Translations under genes and position numbers: made by a program
The notes under the pieces: generated by a model
The model's database searches: none
Seen by the model: only the letters and a program-made list of their open reading frames with translations
Told to the model about the DNA's origin: nothing
In this document: positions 1-11,849 of the stretch, one piece after another
Layout: every line of letters starts with the position of its first letter
How positions within the stretch are numbered: position 1 is the first letter of the stretch
Assembly (NCBI GenBank): GCA_965645245.1
Contig: OZ287076.1
Coordinates: 1,984,001 to 2,048,000 of the forward strand
Length of the DNA stretch: 64,000 bases
From: Massalongia carnosa
Lineage: Eukaryota
Reading direction: 5' to 3'

Positions 1-214
1 GACAACCTGCCTCCCATTATCCAGGCGCGTTTCAACACTAATACTTGCTTATCTCCGTGATAAGCCCGGCTTAACTCTTTGGTCCTTCTATTATGAAACG
101 GGGAGACCTTCTCCTAGCAGGCATTCACTACTGGAAGATGGAATCCACAGGGGCTACACAACGTGCTGGTCACAATAGAGGTACAAAATAGGTAGGGTAG
201 GGTCAAAGGGTAGA

Positions 215-1414
215 TGTAATACGGATGGCGCTAGAAGGATACGTGATCGCCTACGGCGGTTGCAGGATTAACTAGCATGAGCCAGGCCATAGTACTTAGT
301 CGCATAGCCGTCGAGGCTGATACGACGCCACCTTGCCACACAAATCCGAATTAGTTGTTACTACGTTCTAGACTTCTTACAGATCAAACACCTGTCGAGG
401 CCGCGGTGGTAGATTACCATGGAGTATGGCGAACTCCTGCGGAGACTAGCCGTGAACTCTATATGGAAACTACTGGCCTACTCGGAGCTACTCGATCTCT
501 TGATGGATCAAGAGTTGTAGCAGGAGGCACGGCTAGCTGGAAGCAGCTTGAGCTCGGCCTCCCCGGTGTAAAATTCAGCTTCAACCTTTATTGCTACGCT
601 AGTAGTGATGTCGGCTGAACGAACCTACATGACCTTGTGGTCTAGACCTTGTGTCTAGAGACAGGTCCGCAGTGTAGATAGAGATTCAGTCGGAGGTAAC
701 CTTCCATCGCTACGTTGGTAGTGGTGACGGCAAAATGAAGCTACATAGCCTCGGCGTCTAGGCTTTATATTTAGAGGCAGGCTAGCAATGTAGCGAGGGA
801 TCTAGCCGGAGGTAGAAGTGTTCTACCTTGCAAGGGAAGGTCTAGAAGGCCGCTCGAGGCTGACTAGATGATCCAGCGAACGCCGAGTTCGTAGATGGAT
901 ACTGAGGGATGGTTAGATGTAAGGCGATATGGTCAGAAGTGGGTTGCAAGGCTCCTAAGGTTCCAAGGCTCCCAAGGCTATAGGCTTGGGGTGAGTAGGA
1001 TAAATACCAGAACGAATCCTGTATACGCCGCGGAATGGGTTGGGTTTTGCCACAGTTGGGTAACCCAAGTTACTAATATTAGTATACTTTTAAGGGTTTA
1101 ATTCTATGTATAGTATACTAGTATACTAAATATAGTTGTTTGGGTTGGGTTTTCATGGTCAGAACCCAACCCATTCCGCAGCGTAATCCTGTAGTATTCT
1201 TTAACAGTTAGTCTTTATTCTATGAATAACCTACGTTTGGGTCTCTTACGAGATCTCTTGGTCTAAGCACTTCCATATCTATTAGTTCTTTAGATCACGT
1301 ATACTATCGGAGACCAGCACGTAGATAGCTATCTTCCACCTCTCACGCTGAGCATTTCCCCTTTCGAGATCAGTGTCGCTCGTGATTAGCTTACTGGTCT
1401 TCTTGCCCATTACA
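215..1414. mobile_element. Solo LTR family A, carrying a MITE
   Basis: TGTAAT...ATTACA termini, flanks gtaga/gtaaa (4/5 TSD), homologous to 19867-20896. Confidence 0.85.
1024..1185. mobile_element. 162-bp MITE, hAT-like
   Basis: 23-bp TIR TACGCCGCGGAATGGGTTGGGTT (1 mismatch) and 8-bp TSD ATCCTGTA. Absent from the LTR A copy at about 20670. Confidence 0.92.
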
Positions 1415-2046
1415 GTAAACTAAATGCTACCCTTTTGAAGTGCTTAATCATTGATCTATATAGGGTAGGACAATACACAACCTAAACTCTTCTTCTATAC
1501 CTCGCCCATAGTACCTGGTATTTTCGGTCTCCGAAAAACTTCGATCACCGAAAGACACGGTAGATGAGACTAGGCAGGCGAGCTAGGGGAGGTGAGGTGA
1601 GGCGATGTGAGGGGATACTTCGTGTACTACGAAAATACCTCCATAATAAGTTTAATCCCTACACTATGCCTAACTGGGTTAGGCGGGACCTTATTGTCTT
1701 GGTAGCTGTTTTAGCTATACGTATCCCACATAGCCACAAAGGCCAGTCTTACGTTCAACGAACACATACTAGGCCTACCCTATTACACATGATAGGAGCA
1801 GGTCCAGATTGGGATTAGTCTAGATTAGCTGTATATAGACGAGCTTGCTCGCATATCTCAACTGATATCCTTTTACAGACTATTATTATGATGATGAACT
1901 TTACAACAGCAGTCTATTACTTTTAAGAGTTCTCATTTTTCGTATGATTCTTTCTCATCGTTTTCTGTTATCGAGATAGATGAGACTAACGAATGATCTT
2001 TTCCAGAGAAATAATTGAACGACGCGAGGTAAAATTTTCATGAATG

Positions 2047-2217
2047 TGTGACGAAGCGAGATAGTGAATAGATTTCTACCATTGCGCCACCTGTCCTTCC
2101 CGACTAAAAGGCACAATACTTAGTCCGCAGACCAAGCTCTATTCTACTATAAATGAGACGCATGCTATGTTTACTGTAAGTCCTACCGTCCGCACCACGC
2201 TTGGTCGAACCGTCACA
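2047..2217. mobile_element. LTR family E (171 bp)
   Basis: TGTGACG...CGTCACA termini, homologous to 3636-3806, no TSD. Confidence 0.75.
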
Positions 2218-2320
2218 GCAACATGGATCAGACTCCTATTGCTTACGAGTTCCTGCAGGGTCAATGCTACCATTTTAGAGGTGCTAAAACTGTATGAATT
2301 AAAATTTATCGTTTTAAAAG

Positions 2321-2563
2321 TGTTATGATCTACCTAGAGACAAGTCCTAGGGATACTAGAAACGAACATAATTAAGATAAAGAGTAAAAAGACAATCGAC
2401 AACCAGAACCTGACCCTATATATCCTCTACTGCGCTAGTGCCCATATGATATAGTCGTTATGGAACCTTCTAGTAGTTGCGTGAACGAAATTAAAAGCAC
2501 TTGCGTATTCTATCTACGATTGGCCTAGGCGGTGTCGAAGTCGTACGTTGTAGAATCGTGACA
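2321..2563. mobile_element. Solo LTR family C
   Basis: TGTTATGAT...ATCGTGACA termini, flanks aaaag/aatag, homologous to 13010-13919 without its insert. Confidence 0.8.
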
Positions 2564-3099
2564 AATAGGACAAAAGACAAGCTACTTTAATAATTTATGT
2601 CTCTGCTGACGACATTAATTGATGCAAACTTCATTAAATATTTAAAGACTAAGATAGCACAAAATGCAGTAAAATCAAGAAGGAGATAACGCAGTACGAC
2701 TCAGGAGTAGTGGTTAAATAAGTTCTAAAGGCCTACTGCAATGTAAAAGTCATGTGTTGATTGCTGAAATAGTTGTATAAATTCGTTACTTTTGGACTTC
2801 ATAACGCTAATACACGGCGTTTTCTATTATTAGATATTTTTGCGGGATAAAAATCCGAAGAGATAAATAACTGAGCATTTTGTTTTCAAGCTGCTTATGT
2901 CGTAGGGCGGCGGAGCGGTGATACTCTAAATTCAAATTGCTAGCGGTTCGGGAGTTGGTTCTTTTCGGCTGATGCTCGGTAAAGGTAGCGGGGAAGTCAG
3001 GTGACAGTCTTTCTTTTAGTTTAGTTATAGATAGTTCTTTTCCTTTTTAGAGTAAGCATGGTCGTAGCAACAGCTACAACACATAGCATCAACAGATAC

Positions 3100-3586
3100 T
3101 GTTACGAAATCAGGTCGAGGGCAAGGGCAAAGGCAAGGTGGGTTGATGGTCAAGCTTATTGATTGAGTCTATAGCTATGAATCTAGGCTAGGCTAGGTTG
3201 GCTATTCAAGACGTTCGACAAAGAATCAGAACTGCCATGATTCGACTTCTTTCTTATATCTTTGTCCTCCCATATTCATCTTTCTAGGGTGGCGGCGAAT
3301 GATGTCTAGTCAGTGCGATGATGAATGAGGGGCATTATAGCGGCAATAAGCACGATGGGGTCAGCGAGGAGACGGGAGATGTCAAACATCAATGCGAAGC
3401 TATTAGACATGATAATAGTCGAAAGACGGGAATAAATCATCAATGCGAGGCTGATTAATGATCAGTAATCGGCGAATTCGAAGAATGATATGAGGGTCCC
3501 GAAGGCATGGCACGACGTCCGTGAGTAGTCATCAGATCAAGGCACGTGATAGAGGCACGTGGTGAGGTCGGAGGCATTTCATGACA
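3100..3586. mobile_element. LTR family D
   Basis: TGTTACGAAAT...ATTTCATGACA termini, with a near-identical inverted copy at 12378-12864. Confidence 0.85.
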
Positions 3587-3635
3587 ATATACCCCTCTCT
3601 AATGTCCTACTCCTAAGAAATTCCTATCCTGATAA

Positions 3636-3806
3636 TGTGACGAAGCGAGATAGTGAATAGATTTCTACCATTGCGCCACCTGTCCTTCCCGACCAAAAGG
3701 CACAATACTTAGTCCGCAGACCAAGCTCTATTCTACTATAACTGGGACTCCTGCTATGTTCGCTGTAGGTCCTGCCGTCCGCACCACGCTTGGTCGAACC
3801 GTTATA
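3636..3806. mobile_element. Solo LTR family E
   Basis: TSD GATAA. The 3' end CGTTATA differs from CGTCACA in the 2047 copy by CpA>TpA changes. Confidence 0.88.
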
Positions 3807-3893
3807 GATAACTCCGATGACGCGTTGTCAGGGTCTAGACGTTCTGTCCCCGATCGAGGCGAGGATCCTCGTCCCCGTGTCGAGACCCTGACA

Positions 3894-4800
3894 AGAGGTT
3901 GCAACATATGGGTAGTATGTGGAGGTAGACATAATAGAATAATTTTCTTTTCGTTGCAAAACTTAATGAATTCGGTAGAAATATGGGAAGCATGACCATC
4001 CACTATAAGAAGTCGATATTCACCGTGTAGATATTTTGCAGCAGCAGGTTCAAAACACTTTTTCAACTAATCAAGACCTAGTTCATTGTCTGTCCATCCG
4101 TTTTCGCTGGTAGCTATTTCAGTGTCAATGTACTCCAGTGCATCGTACCAGGCCTTTTGCTTATTGACTCCTTTGAAGATGACGAAAAGAGGTAAACTTT
4201 TACCGGTAGTACAAATGGACTCGATCAATGACACCCATTCTCGATTACCTGACTCTGCTGAAAAGGCTTGCTTTTCGTGCTTAGAAATTACTTCTTTAGC
4301 ACTAGCAGCTACCCCTATCATGAATCCCTTTTCGTCCATTTTGTAGATGTCTTCATCAAGAATTCCGTGCTTTTCTTTCATGGAGAGGAAAAGGTCAAAC
4401 CAGTGCTGAAATATCTCTTCATTCTCAGCGAATAATCGTTCTTGATCTAGTGTGCGACTGTACTTAGCCTGCAGATCGGGATGACGATGTAAAAAATACT
4501 GTTGCCAATTGACTCCTAGCACAGTATGACTCCCCCTTACTCGTCGTAATTCTATTGCCATCTGACGTAGCTGAGCTATTTTAGCAGGCCAGCCCCAGGC
4601 GTACAGTTGTAAAACCCAGTTCTTCAAAGCGTCTTCCTCCTCGGGGGTCAACAGTTGTTTAGTTTGATCAGACGTAAATCGTGATTGACGACCCTGAATG
4701 CGGGCATGAAGGGTAGACTTTGAAACATCATATAGAAAAGCTGCCTTCGTAATGGAAAGAGCTCTATCGGCCTGTTTCCAGGCCAAAAATGCTGACTGTA
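3894..4800 (-). pseudogene. Fot1/pogo (DDE_1) transposase, 3'-truncated
   Basis: HTH (SITKAAFLYDVSKSTLHAR), CENP-B HTH, MDEKGF, NGWTD, LLIVDGHASH, LPPHTTHMLQPL. In-frame TAG at 4067 (probably TGG). Cut at QPL by an LTR-like end. Confidence 0.92.
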
Positions 4801-5113
4801 ATCGTTATTGATAGGTGGAGGTGGGGTGAAAACATAAAGGAATGGAGGTCTTGTGGGAGGTGGTTTTTTTATCTACACACATGATTATAAAGTCTAAAAA
4901 TGATAAATATAATCTACTGTTATGATGAGATCATTTTCCGAACCCCCCCCCCAATCTTTAAAATCCTGAGCGTCATAAATGAAACATTTCATAGACTCAT
5001 CCGTGTTTTACGAAAAATTTTACACTCAATATAACGGAGACAACAAAGGTTGGAAGTTCATGTCCGCTTGATCTTTGGAATTCTTGAAAGGCCGACGCTG
5101 GTGATTCTAAAGA

Positions 5114-6724
5114 ATGATCACGAACGAATACGCCTTGACGCGTGAAATGAGTGAAGCCTACCACTTAACATGTAAAGCGAGGGAGGTACTAAAAGGTATG
5201 GGGGAGACCGTACCAGGCGCAGTAGTGAGTCGCTGGATACTCGCATTGGTGGAGTTCATAGAACAAAACGAGGCAAAACGCGACGCGCCTGACGCGTCGA
5301 ATCAAGAAAGTCTTCAAAGCACACTGCACGACATACAACAAAGATTACAGAAGATTGAGAAGCAGGGAGAAAACAATGGAAAAGCGCTCAGCTACGCCGC
5401 CGTCGCGTCTGGGGGCCGTAGGGGAACGACTGGGGATATCGGAAAGACGCAGACCCAAATCGATGAAAACATGCTTAGAGAAAAGAGAAAGATGAAAGAA
5501 CTCATAGTCAGAATAGAAGATCCCAAAGAGCAAGAGGCCTTGGGAAGAAAGACGACAAAAGAAATCATAGAAGCTATAAAAATCCCCAACAGCGAGATAG
5601 CGGGTATCAGGAAGCTCCCCAGCGGGGATTTGAAAATCCACACCAAAACAGCGCAGGCTAAGCAGAGCCTCCAATCACAACCAGCATGGATAAAGAATGT
5701 GGCGGCATCGGCGACGATTCGTAAAGAGGGATACGCGGTAATAGCACACGGCATGCGGATGAACGATGTACGAGGACCAAAACAAATGAAGGCCATAGAA
5801 TATCTGATAAGAGAAAACAAGGATCTGCACGAAGACCTAAAAATTAATAGAGTGGCATGGAGCACTAGAGCCATTAAGCAGAACAAGAGATACGCGTCTA
5901 TGCACATCGAGGTAGAAACTGCGGAGATGGCCAATCGGCTCATCCTCGTAGGTCTAGCAGACAGAGGAGAAATCAAGACGTGCGAGCTATTCGAAGCCGG
6001 ATGCAAGCTCACACAATGCTTCAATTGTCAACAATACGGCCATATAGCAAAGTTCTGCAGAAATCCCACCACATGTGGATACTGCGCGGGGAGACACGAA
6101 AGCCGATCGTGCCCCGGCAACAAGGCGCCGAGGTTCCTACGATGCGGAGCGTGTGGAGAAAAAGGCCACCCAGCATGGGCGGCAGAATGCAGAACAAGAA
6201 AGGAGAGAAAGCATCGAACGGAAATCGCAAGGGACTCCGCTAGAAGACTTTACGCAACACCTCCGAGCGGGAGAGAAGAGGAAAAGAGAAAGGAAAGAGG
6301 ATTAGGATCGAAAAGCACACCATCTCCCAACGCACCGCTGCAGAACGTCGAAGTGATCATCACAACCGACAACAACAAAGACACCCAACGAAGCCAGACC
6401 GACGGGACAGGGAGCACCATAGTAGAGGAGGAAGAGGTACAGGAGACAAACGATGAAGAAATGACAGAGGCTATGGAAACAATAAGAAAAAGAAAGCCAA
6501 GCACGAACCTCGCAGGAAGACCGCTGGTGGCACGATCGCGATCATTATCGCCCAGGAGAGAGGATAGAGAGAAGCCCCTACGAGGAAGAGAAGAATGGAG
6601 AACGACAAGAATGATGAATCCGGAGATTCGAGAAATGGCCTTCGCCAAGCCGGTGAGAGGTCGTCCACGCATCAGGACGCCAAGCACTAACGAAGAACTT
6701 CTCAACAATGACGATCAATTATGA
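5114..6724 (+). CDS. LINE ORF1 (gag-like nucleic acid chaperone)
   Basis: Coiled coil, SYAAVA, and three Cys knuckles (CFNCQQYGHIAKFC, CGYCAGRHESRSC, CGACGEKGHPAWAAEC). Confidence 0.93.
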   Translation: MITNEYALTREMSEAYHLTCKAREVLKGMGETVPGAVVSRWILALVEFIEQNEAKRDAPDASNQESLQSTLHDIQQRLQKIEKQGENNGKALSYAAVASGGRRGTTGDIGKTQTQIDENMLREKRKMKELIVRIEDPKEQEALGRKTTKEIIEAIKIPNSEIAGIRKLPSGDLKIHTKTAQAKQSLQSQPAWIKNVAASATIRKEGYAVIAHGMRMNDVRGPKQMKAIEYLIRENKDLHEDLKINRVAWSTRAIKQNKRYASMHIEVETAEMANRLILVGLADRGEIKTCELFEAGCKLTQCFNCQQYGHIAKFCRNPTTCGYCAGRHESRSCPGNKAPRFLRCGACGEKGHPAWAAECRTRKERKHRTEIARDSARRLYATPPSGREEEKRKERGLGSKSTPSPNAPLQNVEVIITTDNNKDTQRSQTDGTGSTIVEEEEVQETNDEEMTEAMETIRKRKPSTNLAGRPLVARSRSLSPRREDREKPLRGREEWRTTRMMNPEIREMAFAKPVRGRPRIRTPSTNEELLNNDDQL

Positions 6725-9700
6725 GAGACACGAACACTCTCACAATTCTGCAGTACAACGTCAGGAAAAGTGCGAAAGGCACACTGATACCATTGCTTGC
6801 AGACGAGAAAACAAAGAATTTCGATATCATTGCTATTCAAGAACCATGGAAAAACCCTACAACGGCCCTACTACTCAACCCCTATCAGAGCGGGTTTCAC
6901 TTACTTTACAAATCCGGAGGAGACACACGCGTCTGCTTCTATATCAACGAGAAGATAGATCCAGAAAGTTGGGACGTGGAATATCCAACAGAAGATCTAT
7001 GCACATTGAATATAGAAATCAGAATAGGAAGCGTGTTAAGAAAAATTCATATACACAACATCTACAATCCATCCCCGTTATCTATCTCAGCGACGGATAG
7101 TCCGTCTACCCTACCGGCCGCCCTGCGTCAACTGAACGGGCCAGGAGAACACATCTTGCTAGGGGATTTCAACCTTCATCATCCACATTGGGGAGGTGCG
7201 AGAGTGCGAGGTCAACACGAGGCGTCCGAACAGCTACTAGACATCATTGAAAGTAAAAATCTTTCGCTCACCCTGCCAAGAGGAACAGTGACATGGGAGG
7301 CAAGAAACTCATTCAGCACCATCGATCTGGTGTTCATGACGGAAGATCTCGTAGAAAGATTGGAACACTGTATCACAGTCCCGGAGCTGAATCAAGACTC
7401 AGATCACGTACCAATATCGACGAGGCTCCGCCTCACCTGTGAACCCCTTACGCCTCCCCGCCGAAGAGCCTGGAAACTCCTGGACATGAATAAACTGAGA
7501 GAAGTTGAGAGAAATGCCCCCACACCACGCGTCGTACGAGGCGCCAACGAAATTGATGCATACACTGCAGATATTCAAGACTACCTCAAAAGAATCGTTC
7601 AGGAGGCGGTACCATGGGCTAAACCTAGTCCCCAGGCGAAGTCCTTCTGGAATAGAGAGTGCGAGGAGGCAACGAAGGAGACCCGCAGGCTTCGTAGGAT
7701 CTGGACGGCGGAAAGAAATCTGTCAGACTGGAAAAACTACATCAGAATGAACGACAAAAAACAGAAAATCATCGGTAAGGCAAGAAATCTTCATTTCAGA
7801 GAACAAATGGCCGAAGTTGCAGCATCAAGAACAGGACTCTTCCGACTCGCAAAATGGGGCAAAGACAGAAGCGACGCACCAAGAGAAATTCCAAAAATGC
7901 CCCCGTTAGCAACAGCACAAAATCCCAATACGATAGCAGACACGTTCGAGAAGAGAGTAAATATGCTGAAGAAGTCCTTCTTTCCCCCTCCTCCTAACGC
8001 GGATCTCGGGGATCTCGTAGGATATTCGTACCCTCCAACACCAGAATGTCCAGCACTGATAACGGAAGAAGAAGTGGCGGCGGCGCTGCGAAAGCCAAAG
8101 CCAGACAAAGCCCCAGGACCGGATGGAATCACAAATAGAATTCTCAAAGCCTGTTCAGAAAACCTAATCAAATTGCTGACACCACTTTTTCAAGCATGTG
8201 TGAATGAAGGATATCATCCGAAAGTCTTTAAAATCGCCAACACTATCACGCTAAAGAAGCCAGGAAAAGGAAACTATACGGATCCCAAGGCATGGAGACC
8301 CATAGCGTTGTTGAACACGTTGGGCAAAGCATTGGAATCCATTATAGCAAGGAAAATTAGCCATCTGACGGAAGAATTTAAACTGATCCCGGATACTCAA
8401 ATGGGTGCAAGGCCGGGCCGCGGAACGGAAACAGCACTGGAGCTGCTCACTGAACAAGTGCACACCGTATGGAATCAGGGTAACGATAAAGTGGCATCTC
8501 TATTGAGCATAGACGTATCGGGAGCCTTTGACACCGTCTCTCATCGTAGGCTCATTCACAACATGAGAAAACGAAAGATCCCAGAGTGGATAGCCAAATG
8601 GACGGATAGTTTCTTGAAAGAAAGAGAAACCACGCTCATGATTAATCAACGCACCACTAACGCATTTCCGCTGAGCATAGGAATCCCTCAGGGATCTCCT
8701 CTATCTCCCATTCTATATCTCTTTTACAATGCGGACCTCTTAGACATTTGCAATAGACCCAGCACAAACGCGGCAGGCATAGGATTCGTAGACGACGTGA
8801 ACATCCTGACATATGGCAAATCCACGGAAGAAAATTGCAAAACATTGAAAGAAATACACGAGAATTGCGAACGATGGGCGAAACGCCACGGCTCCGTGTT
8901 CGCGCCGCATAAATACGAGCTCATACATCTAGCAAAAAATCCCAAGAAATTCAATCTCGAAGCTTCCTTCACAGTAAACGGCAAACTACTCAACGTCACG
9001 AAATCTGTACGAGTGCTGGGGGTGTACATAGACACGAGGCTCAATTGGTCGGCGCACTACAAAGAGATACAGAAGAAAATGACGAGACAAACGAGAGCGC
9101 TGACTAGAATCGCCGCAGCCACTTGGGGTGCGACCCTCCTACAAGCCCGTCACGTGTACACGGCGGTGGTACGCCCGGCAATGACCCATGGTTCTCTGGT
9201 ATGGCACACGCCGGAGGAAACACAAAAGCACGTCAAAGTCACGAGGAAAAGCAAACTCGAGATCGTACAAAACAAATGTTTACGAGTAGTAGCCGGAGCG
9301 TACAGGGCCACACCCATCGAGGTGTTACAGGCGGAAACATTCATCTGTCCATTGACGCAACATTTGGATCATCTGCAGGCCAAAGGTAGATCGAGGCTAC
9401 AACACAACGGTCAGGCAAAAGTCATAGAACAGGCATGCGAGAAAATCAGAACGAGATTGAAAGGGAAAAGAGGGCGACAACGGATTATTGGAGAAACACC
9501 GGGAGCTCGTAGACAGAGATGGGTGGCCAAGCTGACAGCTGAAGTATCAACAAAGAGAAAGCCCAAACGCACACCACCATGGGAAAAAGCGGAGAATGCA
9601 CAAGAGGAAAAACGAGCAGAATATGCCGCACTTCAAAGAGAAAGAGACGGAATCATAGCGAAACGATTTAAAGAAAAATGGAAGGACAAATGGATAGCGT

Positions 9701-10095
9701 ATCAATCAATACATACGCTTGATCCAACAATAGCACAGTCGGGTCCATTGCACAAAAACAGGTTGAACACGCACAAGCTGCTGAATAAGGCGCAAAGCTC
9801 CCTCGCAATTCAAATTAGAACAGAGAAAATCGGGTTAGCGAGTTTTCTATTCAAACGCAAGGTGCCAGACATTGAGTCCGCGGCCTGCCTGTGCGGAAGC
9901 CGCTTTCAAACGGCGAAACATGTGATAATGTTCTGCGGATTGCATAATAGAATCGATATGTTGCGTGCAGCTGGCTCGCTGGATTATCAAAAACTGATAA
10001 CAGACCCCAAAGCGATCAAAATAATCACTGCATGGCTTATGCGTACGGGCATACTAACACAGTACACCATTGCCGCGCAAATGACGGAGCAATAA
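6721..10095 (+). CDS. LINE ORF2: AP endonuclease, reverse transcriptase and C-terminal Zn finger; no recognisable RNase H
   Basis: ILQYNV, IQEPW, GDFNLHH, SDH; PQGSPLSP, FVDD; CLCG..QTAKHVIMFC. ATGA overlap with the ORF1 stop. Confidence 0.96.
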   Translation: MRDTNTLTILQYNVRKSAKGTLIPLLADEKTKNFDIIAIQEPWKNPTTALLLNPYQSGFHLLYKSGGDTRVCFYINEKIDPESWDVEYPTEDLCTLNIEIRIGSVLRKIHIHNIYNPSPLSISATDSPSTLPAALRQLNGPGEHILLGDFNLHHPHWGGARVRGQHEASEQLLDIIESKNLSLTLPRGTVTWEARNSFSTIDLVFMTEDLVERLEHCITVPELNQDSDHVPISTRLRLTCEPLTPPRRRAWKLLDMNKLREVERNAPTPRVVRGANEIDAYTADIQDYLKRIVQEAVPWAKPSPQAKSFWNRECEEATKETRRLRRIWTAERNLSDWKNYIRMNDKKQKIIGKARNLHFREQMAEVAASRTGLFRLAKWGKDRSDAPREIPKMPPLATAQNPNTIADTFEKRVNMLKKSFFPPPPNADLGDLVGYSYPPTPECPALITEEEVAAALRKPKPDKAPGPDGITNRILKACSENLIKLLTPLFQACVNEGYHPKVFKIANTITLKKPGKGNYTDPKAWRPIALLNTLGKALESIIARKISHLTEEFKLIPDTQMGARPGRGTETALELLTEQVHTVWNQGNDKVASLLSIDVSGAFDTVSHRRLIHNMRKRKIPEWIAKWTDSFLKERETTLMINQRTTNAFPLSIGIPQGSPLSPILYLFYNADLLDICNRPSTNAAGIGFVDDVNILTYGKSTEENCKTLKEIHENCERWAKRHGSVFAPHKYELIHLAKNPKKFNLEASFTVNGKLLNVTKSVRVLGVYIDTRLNWSAHYKEIQKKMTRQTRALTRIAAATWGATLLQARHVYTAVVRPAMTHGSLVWHTPEETQKHVKVTRKSKLEIVQNKCLRVVAGAYRATPIEVLQAETFICPLTQHLDHLQAKGRSRLQHNGQAKVIEQACEKIRTRLKGKRGRQRIIGETPGARRQRWVAKLTAEVSTKRKPKRTPPWEKAENAQEEKRAEYAALQRERDGIIAKRFKEKWKDKWIAYQSIHTLDPTIAQSGPLHKNRLNTHKLLNKAQSSLAIQIRTEKIGLASFLFKRKVPDIESAACLCGSRFQTAKHVIMFCGLHNRIDMLRAAGSLDYQKLITDPKAIKIITAWLMRTGILTQYTIAAQMTEQ

Positions 10096-10458
10096 TGAGA
10101 GGAGAATTGGTTTTTTCTTCTACTTATTTTCTTTTCTTCTCTTTTATTCTTGCACTTACTCAGGCGCATAACGGGTATAGCGGGTTTCCCAAACCGTAGA
10201 GATCAACCCGGGGAAAGAGCGAGTCCTCTACAAACCTGGTACGCAGGAGCAGTTTTTTACCCGTTCGGGTTTTCTGCCTTTATATAGCCTATGTAGTATC
10301 TCCCGCATGGGCCAGCTTCAGCTGGTGTCATATCGGCGTAAGAAAAATCAATCAATCAATCTACTGTTATGTCTGAAGCTGAATTTGTATGTAAAATGTA
10401 TGTAATGAAGGCTTCATCATCTAGAGTGGTCAAAAAGTGATTATTTCGGAATTACTAG

Positions 10459-10498
10459 TCCCGTTGCCTAGTTTTTCCCGTTGCCAAGTGAGTTACGT
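10459..10498 (-). repeat. Fot1/pogo 5' TIR
   Basis: Ends ...GAGTTACGT|TA, with CCCGTTGCC repeated twice internally. Contiguous with the 3894-4924 pogo once the LINE is removed. Confidence 0.75.
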
Positions 10499-11081
10499 TA
10501 CATATTAAGAAAGGGAACAAGTTCATGCCATACCTTGATAAAAGTTTCGACGAGGTCTTGATCCAAAGGATCTTCTCGTTAAATCGATCGAAAGATAGCG
10601 GCTTACTCTGGTTTAAATATAGGACCTTGCGTAGCAAGCGGTAATCGCGTGGAGTCGGTTGCTGATCGAGGATGCGGGTTGTTTAAAGACGACGATGACG
10701 GTGCATTACCCAGAGAGGTGCCTTTAACAATTTAATTAAATGGAAATTACTTATATCAATATGGAAATGATTCTTGCCAGGGCTAGGTCCCCATGTGGAA
10801 GTACCGGTCTCTAAAGAAGCCGAAGGGTCTCCATTTCGCATTGAAGGTGCCGTATTTGAAAGCTCTAGATTGTTCAAGCCAGCATGAGTCTAAATATTCA
10901 AAGATCAATATATGATAATGGCTGAACGAACCGTTAGGTTATATTATGATTTCCTACCGCATCAGAAATACCACCTGTTTGGCATCTGCACCGGCCACAT
11001 GAAATAGTATTTATATCATATCATAGAAGCATCGTCTGTATGGACTAAGAGACAGGGATATGCATGGGTACAAATTGCCAG

Positions 11082-11485
11082 TGTAGATACCAAGCAGATG
11101 AGAGCTAGTGTAAGCCGTATTCTTCTACTCAGAGGGCGTGTTGGTCACGTGAAGGGGGTGTCTCAATAATGTATGTTATTGATCTATGCCCTTAGAATAA
11201 GGTGGGCATCGACCTCTTTATCCTACAGACGTGTCTCCCCCTAAGACTCCCTTATCGGATAGCCCCTAGCTATCTGATTGGTCCAAATGGCTCCCGGCCC
11301 CTTTGGGCGGTTAGTGCTATCCGACATGGGTTTCCAGCCGTCCCCCTCGCCAGCCGTCCCCCTGAGACGGCATGTGGCCAATAGCGGAATCAGCCCATTG
11401 GGGTCGGGCCGGGTTCGGCGGCCGAGTCTATGCTGATGCCCCTTTTCCGTATCCTTTTCCGTAGTCTCTATGGCAGGTCCTGACA
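11082..11485. mobile_element. Solo LTR family F
   Basis: TGTAG...TGACA termini, TSD GCCAG. Confidence 0.82.
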
Positions 11486-11849
11486 GCCAGATGTTTTTAA
11501 TACGGTAGGCAATTACGATATGACCTGGTCGGAATAGATCTTATTACTTTTCGCTTATGAATATTGGGAGGAGCCATTGTTGATTGAGTGTAAAGATAGA
11601 TACAAATGATGAAAGAGATAAAAGATAGAAGAGGCTGTGAAGAGGGAAGAGGTTGCGAGAGATGGAAGGATGAGAAAGCAAGGAGAATTTTTTCTTCAAG
11701 ACAGGATCTGAGAAATTAAAAGAAAATTAACCAACAAAACAATAGCGCGTTATGTACGCATGGCTTGTCAGTATTTGCTTACTAACCTCTCGTAAGGGGA
11801 GAGGAGGGAGGAGATAAGCTGGCTGGGGTACGATATTATTGACTTAAAC

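Larger units (their letters stand above)
94..1787. mobile_element. LTR-like repeat family B (inverted copy of 13087-13740), interrupted by solo LTR A
   Basis: TGAAACGGGG...CCCTATTACA termini. The sequence is the reverse complement of 13087-13740. Flanks tatta/catga are not a clean TSD. Confidence 0.75.
4925..10357 (+). mobile_element. Full-length Tad1-like LINE inserted in the 5' region of the pogo element
   Basis: 14-bp TSD AATCTACTGTTATG (4911-4924 and 10358-10371), (AATC)n tail, two intact ORFs. Confidence 0.95.

Noticed and set aside
355..1818. Short ORFs in LTRs and antisense ORFs over TE genes throughout the window
   Set aside because: They show no motifs and are shadow frames of repeats.
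3826..3893. 68-bp TG...CA segment with a 14/15-bp inverted repeat as a MITE
   Set aside because: It has no TSD and is more likely the end of a larger LTR broken by D and E.
4925..5113. Self-cleaving ribozyme in the LINE UTRs
   Set aside because: No hammerhead core or HDV fold could be assembled by eye. An Infernal/RNAmotif scan is needed.
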